Of a stretch of 64,000 bases of DNA, positions 25,223 to 38,410 are shown piece by piece. The stretch is taken from NCBI RefSeq assembly GCF_004010195.1, contig NC_057719.1, forward strand, positions 75,470,866 to 75,534,865. The letters run 5' to 3'. The translations under genes and the position numbers were made by a program. This DNA comes from Chiloscyllium plagiosum (Eukaryota). The stretch's first letter is position 1; each line of letters starts with the position of its first letter. The notes below the pieces were generated by a model. The model did not search any database. It had not been told where the DNA came from and saw only the letters and a program-made list of their open reading frames with translations.

Positions 25223-26689
25223 CTCTAAGTATAAAATAGTTGGGGCAGGGCAGTTGGTTGTCTGAGCTATGGTAGGAAGGGAAACCTTGCATTGCAAAAT
25301 ATTCTGGTCCATATCTCTGATGTGGACTGTGGCAGCTCACCATCACCTTCTCCATGGCATTGGGGGGTGGGCAATAACGCACTGGCCTCACCAATGATAC
25401 CCAAATTAAAAAAAAAGCCCACCAACCCAAATATACAAATATGAAATTAGCATAAGAGAAATTTGCATATTCTGCAAAGAGGATCTTGTGTGTTGCATAT
25501 GTTTTTGCAACTCTACAATGGATATTAAAGCAATGTACAATCTGGATGTAGCAGGTCCACTTATCAATTACCATCTTGGGGACTCGCACATCCAACTTGG
25601 ATCCTCTCTTTAACATTGAACCCAGTGAGCAACTTGTCGATAGTCGAGAACTCCCAGCCAATGCTTCCTGCCACCAACAGCAAGGTTTTTATTCCCCTCA
25701 GTAGGGGAGAGAAAATACCCTGCTTTGTGAAAGAATTGTGACATTTCAGTAAAATTTCTCTGTGGCCGACCTTTCCAGTGGATATGACCTGGTGATGCGT
25801 GGCTGGCTTTTCTGCAAGAGGCTGAAATGCTACAGCGTTGCCTGCATTGCAGGATTCCTGGGCTTGGGCAACTTGGTGTGGGCCAGAAATAAACACGGCA
25901 CAGTTTGCCAGTGAAGTATTTCTGTCCACGGCTGCGATGTGGTGCTAATGCTGCTGTTGCAGCTCCATATATTATACTTCAGGATGTCTGACGTCAGAGA
26001 TTAAATCCTCAGTACATACTCTGCATGGTTTAATTGACAGAGCACCTGGCTGGCCCGATCTCATTTCTGCTGATTGGTAGATATTCTGTGGATCATCCGC
26101 TTGGGCCTGGAATAGAATGAAGTTCTCATATCTGTCCCTCAGAACAGAAGAGGCTGAGGATCCTGACCATCAAAACCCTGCCTTTATTTTGTGCAGCTTT
26201 GATGAAGGCTGGTGAGCATCTAGTTAAGACAACATTTGAAGCACTTAATATTCAAACAATGTCAAGTTTAGACAAGACAACTAAAAGTGGCCAGGATATT
26301 TCAGATTTTCAACACCCTGGGCTAGTTTGCTTTAGAAACAGAAAGTGGGTTTCATTGAGGGAAAACTGGGTATGCATTAATCCGAACCAAAGATGCATCG
26401 TCTCTTCACTTACACTGAGATGGACAGGCAGCCTTTGCTGTTGCATGCCTGTCAGAGTTAGATGTGATGTAGGCTAGGGATGTTTTAGCTCTTTGGAAGC
26501 ACTCTAGACCAAGTTGTGTACAGGGGTAAAACTGTGGATGCTGGAAATCAGATACCGAAATTGCTGGGAAAACTCGTAGCTCTGGCAGCATCTGGTAAGG
26601 GAAGGCGGAGTCTGTTTTTGGGATACAGTGACTCACCTTCAGACACACACACACACACACGGTTTATCTTACATCGGATTACCCCCATC

Positions 26690-27930
26690 CCCTCAATGTT
26701 TTATCTGGTGAACGCTTTCCCTCTCCTCATTCTGTTTTATCTGGTGTCTGCTCTCTCCACACACTGGTTTATCTGGTGTCTCCTTTCTTTTTCCATTCTG
26801 TTTTATCTGCTTGCACTCTCTCTCGCATGCTGTTTTATCAGGTGTCTGCTCTCTCTCCCCATTCTGTTTTACCTGGCTTCTGCTCTCTATCCCTGCATTA
26901 TTTTATCTGGTATCTGCTCCCTCGCATCATTCTGTTTTATCTGCTGTCTGCACTGTCTCTCCACACACTGTTTTATTTGGTTTTTGCTCTCTCGCCCCAT
27001 GCTGTTTTATCTGGTATCTGTCTCTCTCCCTATGCTGTTCTATTTGTTGTGAGCGCTCTCTCATCATTCTGATTGATCTGCAGTCTGCTCTGTCTTCCCT
27101 GCTTCTGTTTATTTGCTCTCTGCTCTGTCTCCATATGCTGTTTTCTCTGGTGGCTGCTGTCTCTCCCCATTCTGCTTTACCTGCCGTGTGCTCTTTCCCC
27201 ATTCTATTTTACCTGGTGTCTGCTCTCTCTCCTATTCTGTTTTACCTGGTGTCTGCTCTCCCTCCCTATGCTGTTTTCTCTGGTGTCTGCTCTCTCTCCC
27301 AAATCTGCTTTACCTGGTGTCTACTCTCTCTCCCTTATGCTGTTTTCTCTGATATCTGCTCTCTCTCCTTATACTGTTTTCTCTGGTGTCTGCTCTCTCT
27401 CCCTATGCTGTTTTCTCTGGTGTCTGCTCTCTCTCCCAAATCTGCTTTACCTGGTGTCTACTCTCTCTCCCTTATGCTGTTTTCTCTGATATCTGCTCTC
27501 TCTCCTTATACTGTTTTCTCTGGTGTCTGCTCTCTCTCCCTATGCTGTTTTCTCTGGTGTCTGCTCTCTCTCCCAAATCTGCTTTACCTGGTGTCTACTC
27601 TCTCTCCCTTATGCTGTTTTCTCTGATATCTGCTCTCTCTCCTTATACTGTTTTCTCTGGTGTCTGCTCTCTCTCCCTATGCTGTTTTCTCTGGTGTCTG
27701 CTTTTACTCTAGTGTCTGCTCTCCCTCTCTCCCCATTCTGCTTTACCTGGTGTCTGCTCTTTCTCCCTATGCTGTTTTCTCTGGTGTCTCCTCTCTCTCC
27801 CTCTATGCTGTTTTCTCTGGTATCTGCTCTCTCTCTCCCTATGCTGTTTTCTCTGGTGTCGGCTCTCCCTCTCTCCCCATTTTGCTTTACCTGGTGTCTG
27901 CTCTCTCTTTCCCTATGCTGTTTTCTCTGC
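26690..27930. repeat. Pyrimidine-rich ~34-bp minisatellite (CTGGTGTCTGCTCTCTCTCCCTATGCTGTTTTCT) with a 137-bp four-unit higher-order period
   Basis: Near-identical blocks recur at 27386, 27523 and 27660; both flanks are more degenerate. Confidence 0.93.
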
Positions 27931-29564
27931 TGTCAGCTTCTGTGCACGGGTTGCTTGCTGTGGTGTACTGTATATTCTCATTGCACGGGCATACACATAC
28001 AGTCACACTCAGCCTCCTTTGATTCTGCCTCATATTTGGTCCAGCAATATTGTTGACTATTAAAGGTCTCACTACTTGATTTAGAACATGGATTTTTGCT
28101 GTTTTTTTTTGTTTGGAGCTGAACACTGCGTTAACCTGTTGTTCCCCTCACCACTTTGAGCTGTTGCAGGTTGGCAGACATGTTGGCCCACATCGAAATA
28201 TCCGACAAGAACATCTGTAATTCATAGTAGGGGTCTGGGTTTTGTCAGTTTCTAAATGCCAGATTATTTTCTTGCGAGAAAGGAATTCCAAAATAATGGC
28301 TGCCATTAAAAGTTTGGATTTTTGGGATTAGATGAGGTCAGTTAAATTGAAGTTTGGAGCATGAGAGTTCCAAATTTGTAATGCCTTTCCCCTGATGTCT
28401 CCCTTTTAAATGCGAATGCAAAATAATTGAACTGCTGCAAAGATGTTTCAATTCTGAATGCTAAGAGGACCTGAGTTGCTATGTGTTACGTATATGTGTG
28501 TCTCTCTTTAAGTATCCGTATGGCTGTGTTAGGTGTCTTTGCATACAGAAGAATAGGTTTTTGAGTTAATATGCATTGACCAGCACAGGGGACTGTTCCT
28601 CTTTTAAGTGGTTATCTCTGCTCCACTGAATCACGTCTTGAAAAGGTGACAAGGAAGTGAGAGAGGGAACAGAAGTGATTTCACGTGTAACTTTACAAGC
28701 TTGTCAAATGCAAGTTGCATGACTCCACTGACTGGACAAATTAGGCAACTGCATTCTCCTTGTGAATACCTGAAGCACGTTGACCTACTTGAGATGAGTT
28801 TGGATTCCGCTGCAACAGGGGCATATCGGAGTTGCAGCCAAGTGCTGTGTAATGTCAGGAATGTGTGTATTCACTTGCCATCATGCTCCTTACCAGGATG
28901 TAGCAGCTGTTTCACTACCCCCCCCCCCCCCACCCCCCCGCCTATTGCTTCTCCAGTTGCCTGCAGCCTGACGGCTCTTGTGGTGCACACCATGGCCGAC
29001 GGAGCACAGGGTTCCAAGTTCAATTGTTTTCTTAAAAGGTTCTTGAACTTAGAAGTAAATGCAAGCATCTGATGGGGGAGGGAACACAAAGGGATTGGAG
29101 AGAATTATTAATGCCTTGGGTATGGACCCATGCTTGATGTGAAATGTATTGTTTCTGAGTGTAGCCCACGACATTTCTCAGTATTCAGTCTCTTTCATTG
29201 TTTTTATGTGACCTGCGCACACTTTATATGTCCTGGAATATGCTTTGTGTGGTAACCTCCATGCTGCTGCACACTCACACAGATTGGAGAAAACATAGTT
29301 GTGGACCTGCAGTAAGAACTGATGAAGAGCCAACCTTTCTGATAAGCCTTTCTCGACCTGTATGCTATCTGGCTTCTGTTCTTTCCACTGGTTTCTATTG
29401 TCAAACTCCAGTTGGTTCTTCCTCAGTGCAAAGTTATTTTTTTCTGTTGTCGCTGATGTGGGACATTCCCAATGGTCTCAGAATTCCAAACGGGTCAAGA
29501 GATTGCATAGGAGTTTTGCTGCTTCATGTTATCCTTGCCAGCCTGCTGGAACTTCAGTGGATAA

Positions 29565-30821
29565 TATGGAAAATAAAGAGCATGAAAGCATGGGAAGGGT
29601 TAAAGTATGGAGTCCACTGCCGATCTGTTGCAAGGCGTCTGTGGAATGCAGGATGGGATAAGAATAGTGGAATGCTCTTACACCAATTAGCAGAGTAAGG
29701 TTGAGGCTGAAAGGTCACCATGGCAAGATGAGATAACACAGTTAGTAAAGTTAGCCTCACCTGTTGAGTGTCATTATGACAAGATTGGGACCATAAATAT
29801 TTGGGCAAAACACAGCAACTTGTGGTCATTTCAGCTACTCCGGAAGTGCTTCCTCCTCTGACGGAGTCCCATTGCTCTACTATTATGATCTGACAACCTC
29901 AATGGTGCAAGAAATATGTCCATGGGGGCACATCAATGATACTTCTGAAGAATGTGCGGGTCCTAGATTGTGAGGGATCGTGGTTTTTTTTTCCTGTTCT
30001 GGTTATTAGAGGACAGGCTTTTGGACCCAAGGGACCTCAGGAAGGGAGGATGAACCCGTTAAGTCTCAGACTCTGAAAATTATTTAGTCTGTGTTGGGAC
30101 CTACATTGATTGTATTGGCGGTCTGAGCTTAATGTCTTCATTGTCTAGGTGAGACCAGTAGGTCTCAAAGGGGGGATATGGAAAATAAAGAGCACAAAAG
30201 TATGGAAAGGGTTAAAGCATGAAGACCACTGCCAGTCTGTGGTCTGTGGAATGCAGGATGGGATAAGAATAGTGGAATGCTCTTACACCAATTGGCAGAG
30301 TAAGGTTGAGACTGAAAGACCACTATGGCAAGAAGAGATAACACAATTAGTAAAGTTAGCCTCATCTTTTGAGTATCATTATGACAAGATTGGGACCATA
30401 AATATTTGGGACATGATATTAAATATCTAATTAATAATTAGTAGAGTCAGCTTGCTTGAACTATTGACAATAAATACCTAGTCATGACATTAGGAAAATA
30501 TTAAGTCGGGTCTGGAATGTAAGACCATTGTTGCAAAACCTGACACGAAATATCTAACCGTGACATTAGAATAACATTAAGTATAATGTACAACTAAAGA
30601 GATAATAGGAACTAACATCACTGGTTTATTGTGTAACTAGAGTGAGGGTCTTTGATTAATATAGTTGGACATGCTGATAAGCTAACAGAAACATGATAAA
30701 AAAAAATTAAAAAACCATGGGCCCTGAGGTTCTCAGTGTTAGGGTTTTTGTTTGTAAATAAAAGACCTATTTTGTGAAGAACTCTCTGTGTCTTCTGGTG
30801 TTTCTCTATATTTTCTCCACG
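29565..30821 (+). mobile_element. Internally deleted ERV/LTR relic: truncated 5' LTR (29565-29805), short internal segment, PPT, full 3' LTR (30177-30821)
   Basis: 29565-29805 repeats at 30177-30410; PPT AAAGGGGGGA at 30167-30176; inverted termini TATGGAAAATA...TATTTTCTCCAC; AATAAA at 30757. Confidence 0.75.
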
Positions 30822-32049
30822 GCAATAGCCAGTGAAGAGAGGTAGGGTTTGACTGGGCTCATATTAGGGTGTGCAGCCTTCTGCACCTCCTCTGTGGATG
30901 TGACGTAACACTACATAACTATAGAAATGTTGTGTCACAGAAAAAGACCATTCAGCCCATTTTGTTCGTACTGTCTGCAAAGTAAAATAGCTGCCAATCT
31001 AATCCCACCTTCCAGCTCTTATCCCATAGCCTTGCAGATTACTTCAAATGTACATCTGGTATGAGTTGAGGATTTCTGTCTCCCCCATTAAACTGGGAAG
31101 CAAATTCGAGACATCAACCCCAGGGTGAAAGGGCTTGTCTGGCTATACCTTCCAGCTCCCATCAGAAATGGAAGAGAGAAAGGAAGCATAAGCACAGTTT
31201 GGGAGTTTTCTTTCGCCCAATTCCATTAGTAGCCTTGTAAGGTTTTATTTTCAGATCGAAATCATCTTTCTTTGCTTCGTGACCAGATTGCCTTATCTGA
31301 TGGTGTTAACCAAAATAGGATAAAGACTAGCAGATGAGGCATGAAAAGTATACAACAATGTACAACGATGTTAACTGCCATTCTAAAAACTTAACTCAGC
31401 GTATAAAAAAAGCTTAAAGCTGTTTCTGTTTGAAAGATACCATGTAAAAGCAATTATTTATACTACAATAATTTTTAATATTCTGAAGTGGTGCGCAGCG
31501 TGGATAATTTGCATAAGCATCACCAGCAGTCTGACATGTACTCCTGACAGATGAATTTAATGACACGGATGTCTGTAGAATTAGCCTAAAGCTGGTGCTA
31601 TTTTTAGTTGTGTTCATATTTCTGCAACAGAATAGTTTCTTAATGACCAACTTCCCATTATCTCTTGTCTTGGCACATCAGTATCTGCAGAGAATTAAAC
31701 CAGAACTGTTGAAATACTTGGTGCACAACTCTGCCTCACAGTTTGAGACAGAAACACCATTTTTAAGTTGCCATTAATGTTCTGCATAGCGTTGATTTTA
31801 AATGTTTAAAGTTTGTCTGGTTACCCCTTTGAAAAGATTTATCGGTGTTGTAAATTCTAACTGTGGTTGTTTTTTTCGGCAACGTTAGATGGTCTTCATT
31901 CAAAACATATTACCAATGGAACCTTCAGATTGTGCCCAGTTACGTTATTATTTGGGACTCTAAGCTTGACATTGGACTAGGTAAGGGACTATTAACCAGT
32001 GTTGCCTAGTCCTTGTTACTGTCCCATGTCTGTTGCTATATATGAGCAG

Positions 32050-32309
32050 AAAATGTGTTGCTGGAAAAGTGCAGCAGGTCAGGCAGCATCCAAGGAACAG
32101 GAGAATCGACGTTTCGGGCATAAGCCCTTCTGCAGGAATGAAGAAAGTGTGTCCAGCAGGCTAAGATAAAAGGTAGGGAGGAGGGACTTGGGGGAGGGGC
32201 TTTGGAAATGCGATAGGTGGAGGGAGGTCAAGGTGAGGGTGATAGGCCGGAGTGGGGGCGGAGAGGTCAGGAAGATGGTTGCAGGTTAGGAAGGCGGTGC
32301 TGAGTTCGA
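32050..32309 (-). mobile_element. Penelope-like element (family A), 5'-truncated
   Basis: Reverse strand CTGCAGAAGGGCTTATGCCCGAAACGTC; body nearly identical to 37041-37215. Confidence 0.8.
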
Positions 32310-33829
32310 GTTAGATCGAGGGCGGGTAAGAGGCCAGCACGGGGTATCCAGGTGGATGGGGTGTGTTGGAGGCGGGAGAATTAGATCGAGGGCGGGTAAG
32401 AGGCCAGCACGGGGTGTTAGATCGAGGGCGGGTAAGAGTAAGAGTATATGAACAGCCATACATGGAAGAAAAGGCATATTATTGATGCACTTCTGGCTTA
32501 CTCGCATGTCCTGAGGGATAGCAGAGAACTGGTTCCTGTCCCAGAACATAACCCCAAGTTACTAATCCAGAGGCTTGTTTCAATACTGCATTCTCAGAGT
32601 TGTTACTTTTTCACATCAGGTGTATATTCAAGGCCATATTTGCTGTCTCCGGGAATGTGAAAATATCAAATGCCACTGTGTAAGAAAGTGCAGGTGGTTG
32701 TTCTCCTATCGTTCTAGCCAATGGCCATTCCTCAACTAAAGCCATCAAAACAATTTCATTGATCACTTACAATGTTAACTTTTTGCAAGTTGCCTGTTGT
32801 GCTTTATTTAGAATACTTCCATTGTACTTCATTACTTATGAAGCACCATCTGTCATCCTCTGGCCCTGCATGCTGCTATACTAATGGAAGTTTCTTTTCT
32901 TAACTAAGTAATGGTGACCTGTCTCCCATTGACCTTGCGAAGATTATGAATTTTATTGGGCATTCGGTGATTGTGACTGATTTGTTACTGATTCAGGCTA
33001 CTAGCAAGAATAAGATCCACTCACCAGTCTCTCATGACCTCAAATAAAATCTCCAGACCAAACCAACGATCATTGTCCTGAACATATATGGTTGTCAAAG
33101 ACTTGCAGTTCAGTGAGTGAATCACCTGTCACCCTGAGTGCAATGCATGTTGGGCATGAAATGAATCAGACTCTACTCGCAATGTTGTCTCCTGAAGAGG
33201 AATGCAAGCTTACAGCTTTTTTTTAATCGAGTTTCCCACCTGAGAAATGCAATCGAAACTCTCCTAACAACAAAAGTGAAATAGCCATCCATTACTTGAT
33301 TCTGTTCAGGCCTTAAGGTTCATTTTAAAAGAATATATATGTTTCAGGGCTGTGGGTGTTGTGGGGAAGGTCAATATTTAATGTCTATCCCCAATTGCCC
33401 TTAAGAAGGTGGTGGTGTGCTATCTTTGTGAACTTTTGCAGTCTATATGGTGGACATCAGCCGTTAGGCTAGGAGCTCCAGGATTTAATGCAATAATGAC
33501 CATCTTTTTCCAAGTCGAGGTGATGTGTGGCTTGGGAGAGAATTTGCAAAATCACATTTTTTAAAGTCTCATTTTAGGAATCAATCTATTCAACTGATTC
33601 AGAATATTTTGCATACATCTGAGAGTCGGACACTCATAAGCATACAAATCTGAGAACATGGCCATACCATGCAATTTTTAAAAACAAAAGCCTTCCAGGC
33701 CATGTCAGTAGAAGTTCCAAGACATTAAAGGAACTGTTAAAAACTTGATTTCATTCTGGGCATCATGTTACTCTCAAAGGAAAGATATACTCTTTAGTCG
33801 TTTGATAATGTAAAACTTCAGTGCTATGA

Positions 33830-34110
33830 AAAAACTGAAACAATTTATGAAAGATTTTCACTTTGCACTCATCAGGACAATTTACAAAAACACTAATTCA
33901 AGGGCTAAACCAACATTTAAACTCCATGAGTGGGTAGTGCTTAATGATTGGCAAGTGGACTTTGCTTGGTCAAAGTGTTGCCATGGATGTTGAACACATG
34001 AACGATGATTGACAGCTAACTGTCAGTTATCTAAATTTTAAACCAGGCATGTTGACTACGATTGGTCAGAGCCTCGAGAAGTGAGCTAGCGAATGGTTGT
34101 TGCCTGTTTG
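33830..34110 (-). mobile_element. Penelope-like element end (family C)
   Basis: Reverse strand TTGTCCTGATGAGTGCAAAGTGAAAATCTTTC; relatives at ~42020-42200, 43540-43770 and 53020-53150. Confidence 0.55.
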
Positions 34111-34130
34111 TAAAGTTGGAATATGTATAT

Positions 34131-34468
34131 GGGGCGGCACAGTGCATTGCTGCCTCACTGCACCAGGGATCTGGGTTCAATTCTAGCCTTGGGCGACTGT
34201 GTGGGTTTGCAAGTTCTCCCCGTGTCTGTGTGTGTTTCCTCTGGGTGCTCCTGTTTCCTCACACAATCCAAAGGTATGCAGGTCAGTTGAATTGGCTATG
34301 CTAAATTGTCCATAGTGTTCAGGGATGTGTAGATTAGATGCATTAGTCAGGGGTAAATGTCGAGTGATAGGGTAGGGGAATGGGTTTGGGTGGGATACTC
34401 TTCGGATGGTTGGTGTGGACTTGTTGGGCCAAATGTTTCCACATTGTAGGGATTCTATGATTCTATGT
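34131..34468 (+). mobile_element. HE1/V-SINE, near full length
   Basis: GGGGCGGCACAGTG...GGGTTCAATTC head, V core, (TTCTATGA) tail. Confidence 0.88.
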
Positions 34469-37040
34469 TCTTTCAGTAAGCAAAGAACAGGGCGATGTGT
34501 ATTAGTGCTTATAGTTCTAGTACACACCGTGAGCCTGACTGACAATCCTAAATCAGTGTAATTCCATACTCACTCATGATTATCCAGCAAATGTTGTCCA
34601 ATTGCAGAATCACAGTTCATGTTGAATTCTGTGTTGCAAGTTTTGCTTGCACAGGCTGGTTAGATATGGTCAGCACTTTGCTTTACTTCAATACTGAGTA
34701 AAGGAATTGAAAATATCAGGGAACAACCCTTCTAATGTCAAAAAGGTAGTTGGAGGTCTAGCATCTACAAAGGTCAGGTATGGTCACCTTGGGTCTGAAA
34801 GAAGCCAGGTTGTATGAATCTACTGTGTAACTGTAATAGTTATTATATTATTGGTGCCTGAGTAACAAATTTTGTCCAAAACAATCAAGCTTGAATTACT
34901 GTGTTTAAGACATATTCTACAGGGATGTTCAGAGATTGTTGAGAGTTCATTGAAATGGGCTGGACTTTAAGTACTGAACCAAGACACAACATGGAAGTTT
35001 TCATAGGAGAATAACACATGAGCAGGATACATATTTACTGGTTATATGTAGAGTTTGGAAAATTTATTGAATATGTGCTTTGTTGTAAACAAGTTGGTAT
35101 TGAAAAAACATCAGCATATGCCCACACTAGACAAGAATGACTTCACTCCCTCTTCCACCCTTAAACTGAAAATATTTGATCTATGGGATAAAACCATTAC
35201 TAAAGCAAAAGAAGAATAGAAAAATATCATATGGATGATCTTCTAAAACAGTGTGACTTCATTCATCACATTATTTTCTTATCAACCTGTTCAGAGATAT
35301 TATGACATGCCTTAGAGCCCTGGCCTCCTGGTCCAGAGATAGGGACACTTCCACTGTACCATCAGAGCATCAATGACATACCGTTATACACCGCAAATCA
35401 TACAGAGATCTCCCAAGGATCACAGTTGTATCCTGTCAATGATCTGGGGAGCATTCGACCGTGTGGTTGACTAGTCACTACCTTGTCATTTCACATTATT
35501 TTGCTTTATCATCCTGCAGGTAGCATTTGTGGTCAAGATATTCCCAGTAGAGATGGAAAGAATTGAAGGGTTGAGCATTCAGTGTAGAGGGATGCACCAC
35601 AGGGTGGTTGACCTTTTCTTGCTTTGTAGTTCTTTTTGCATGGAGAAAAAGCACTTTGTGATTCTAGACAAGTGGACTACTTTCCAGCCTGATGTTTGAT
35701 ATTTCTAATTGACCTAGTGTGCTGTTTATAGTTATCCACAGCACAGTTTTCCATGCATCTGGAGAGTTGACAAGAATTGTTTAAAACTCCCTTGTGAGTA
35801 GCTGTTCTTAAAAATAGCTCTCAGCTTTTAAAAGCAGGATACCGTGCAATAAATTGAATAATCTTTTCTGGATCATGCTGACCATGATATTTTAAAATAA
35901 AAACAAAGTAGCCGAGGAAATCTGATAGTGGTTTTTGAAAACTTGACTTTGGGCTTCGTGGGCAGTCTCTAAGGCTTGGGTTTCCCACCTTTTAGGGAGT
36001 GTGGACAATATTTGATGGACAGACTATCCAAAAGTTCTAGATAGCTACAATAGTATTTATGTTATGAAGACATTCTGGGAAACTGGAAGTGAATTTCATT
36101 CATGGTATCATACTATGACAGGCGTGTGTCTTGTGACAATCCATGTGTATGAGGCAAAGTATTATGTCTATTTATGAAAGATCCAAGAATGAAATGAATG
36201 TTTTGTTTTCTTTCTTTCCCATTTTGTCCAACCCTTTCTTTGTAACTATAAATGACAGGAGAGTGATCTGTAAAGACATTGTTTCTTTGTGAAGCAAAAT
36301 TTTGATTAGCACCTCAGTTTATTGTTTGCCACTCATATCAAATTTCTTTGGATTTACCTATTCCAGATGCTTTGTTGAAAACAATGTGATTAAACAGAGA
36401 AGTACTAGTGCGGAAAAGAGAGACCTGATCCCAAACCATTTTGGCTGGCATTTTTTGGTATGGACAGGCAGGAGAACACAGCAAGCAGGAGATGGAGAAG
36501 TTGAGGTTTTGGATGAAACCCATCTTCAGGACTGGGGGTGGGTGTGGGGAGAGCTGCAGATAGAGGGGGTGGCAGGGGCAGGGTGATGAGGTGGGGATAG
36601 GTGACCGTTTTCTCCTGCATTTATGAGGTCATTTGGAAGTTTGCATCCTTGAGTTGGTCCAGATCAATACAAGATGAATAGCTTGTCTCTACCCCTGCAA
36701 TATTCAAGAATGTATTGCCATTTTAAAATGTGAATACTGATGAACTGTTTGGGAGAGTTACCTGAGTGGAGTTGCTCAAATGTGTGTGTGTGTAAGAGAG
36801 AGACAGTGGATATTACTCCAGCTGTTTCAACTTCAAATGACGATATTCTGCCACAGGCTTCAGTAAATCAGCCCAGCCAGATCCACTAATGATGTATGGG
36901 CACTGTTGCCCAACAGACTGTGCGGAGGGACAGCGAACGGTGTGACGAAATATGCTGGAATATACACACGCTGTTGTTAACTTGTAAGTCAGACAGCCAA
37001 ATGTCACAAGGAAAGAGCAGCCAGTGAACTGTTGGAGTTC

Positions 37041-37370
37041 AGGAATGAGGAGGGTGTGCCAAGCAGGCTAAGATAAAAGGTAGGGAGGAGGGACTTGGGG
37101 GAGAGGCGTTGGGAATACGATAGGTGGAAGGAGGTTAAGGTGAGGGTGATAGGCTGGATGGGGGTGGGGCGGAGAGGTCGGGAAGAAGATTGCAGGTCAA
37201 GAAGGCGGTGCTGAGTAGCCTGCTTGGCACACCCTCCTCATTCCTGAAGAAGGGCTTATGCCCGAAACGTCGATTCTCCTGTTCCTTTGATGCTGCCTGA
37301 CCTGCTGCGCTTTTCAAGCAACACATTTTTAAGCTCTCATCTCCAGCATCTGCAGTCATCACTTTCTCCT
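37041..37370 (+). mobile_element. Penelope-like insertion (family A) with 5' inversion and 14-bp TSD
   Basis: TSD AACTGTTGGAGTTC at 37027-37040 and 37371-37384; perfect 33-bp inverted repeat 37038-37070 / 37216-37248. Confidence 0.85.
37244..37271 (+). ncRNA. Minimal type-I hammerhead-ribozyme-like core
   Basis: CTGAAGA-A-GGGC-TTAT-GCCC-GAAA-CG-TC fits CUGANGA / stem II / GAAA / palindromic stem III / GUC; stem I is weak (2 bp then a mismatch). Confidence 0.6.
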
Positions 37371-37954
37371 AACTGTTGGAGTTCGTCTGGCATCTTGCAC
37401 TTAACCTTGCTGAGATATTCATGAGGTTCCTAGGCACAAAGATTAATTGTTCATTGAACTTTCATTAGAGAAAGTAATTAATAGTGCAAGTTGTATTTTA
37501 GTAATGCGATCATTGTACATTATGTGAACAGTATTAATTCTTATTGCCAATAATCATCACATCCTGCCCACTTTCCTGTTTGCCTGTGGAAACTGGGCAT
37601 GAAATAAACATAGATGGAAGAAAAAGGAGCCTTCAAAATGTGGATACTAATTCATATGCTAAAAATTCCATGTACAAACATGAGACAAATAAAGAGGTGC
37701 TTTTAGTTGGAGCAAGAATAACTCTAAAATATTTTGGCCGTATGATCAGAGCTGAAACGATACAGAGATCTCTCTCTGAAGGCAATGTGGAGAGCAGCAG
37801 GAAGTGGGGTCAAACCAAGTGTAGTTGCTTGACGGATGAAACAGAGTGGCTAGAGGTGAGCTACAGAGGATTTGTGAGGATGGCATAAGACAGATGGGGT
37901 TGACATAACATTGGCAGTAGAACTTCTGGGAGGAGCAGCCACAAACAGCCATTA

Positions 37955-38410
37955 GAATGTAAGAAATAGGAGCAAGAATTGACTATTTAGCACTTTGCCA
38001 CTCTGCCATTCAATGAGATCATAGCTGATCCTCAAACTATTTCCCTGAACTACCCCTCTATCTCTTGAATTTTTTTAATGTGCAGAAACCTCTCATTCTC
38101 ACTCTTGAGCACACTCAATGACTGAGTCTTTACAGCCATCTGGGAGTGAGAATTCCAAAGGTTCATTACTCTCTAAGTGAAGGTGTACCTCCTCGATTCA
38201 GTCCTAAATGGCTTGCCCTGTATTTGGAGACTGTGTCCCTGGTTCTAGACTTCTGCAACCAGTGGAAACTTCTTGCATCCACCCTGTTGCTTCCTGTAGT
38301 AATGCTTGAATAAGATCATCTCTGATTCTTATAAACTCCACAGGAAACAGGTTCAGTCTAGTTAATCTTTCCTCATAGGAAATCTCTCCATTTCAGGAAA
38401 CAGAGAACCT
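37955..38410 (-). mobile_element. Old CR1 LINE 3' fragment
   Basis: GAATGTAAGAAATAGGAGC tail; body resembles 23510-24195. Confidence 0.65.

Noticed and set aside
25922..25998. Split RE1-like motif (CTGTCC...GGTGCTAA) and CRE palindrome TCTGACGTCAGA
   Set aside because: The RE1 halves are mismatched with non-canonical spacing, and a single CRE is not significant on its own
26516..28056. Hydrophobic Leu/Cys/Ser-rich membrane-protein-like ORFs
   Set aside because: Translations of the CT-rich minisatellite, open in all three frames
32310..32438. Mini-CRISPR appearance (35-bp repeat, 35-bp spacer)
   Set aside because: Only 2.6 copies, the second gap has no spacer, and it sits at a retroelement junction
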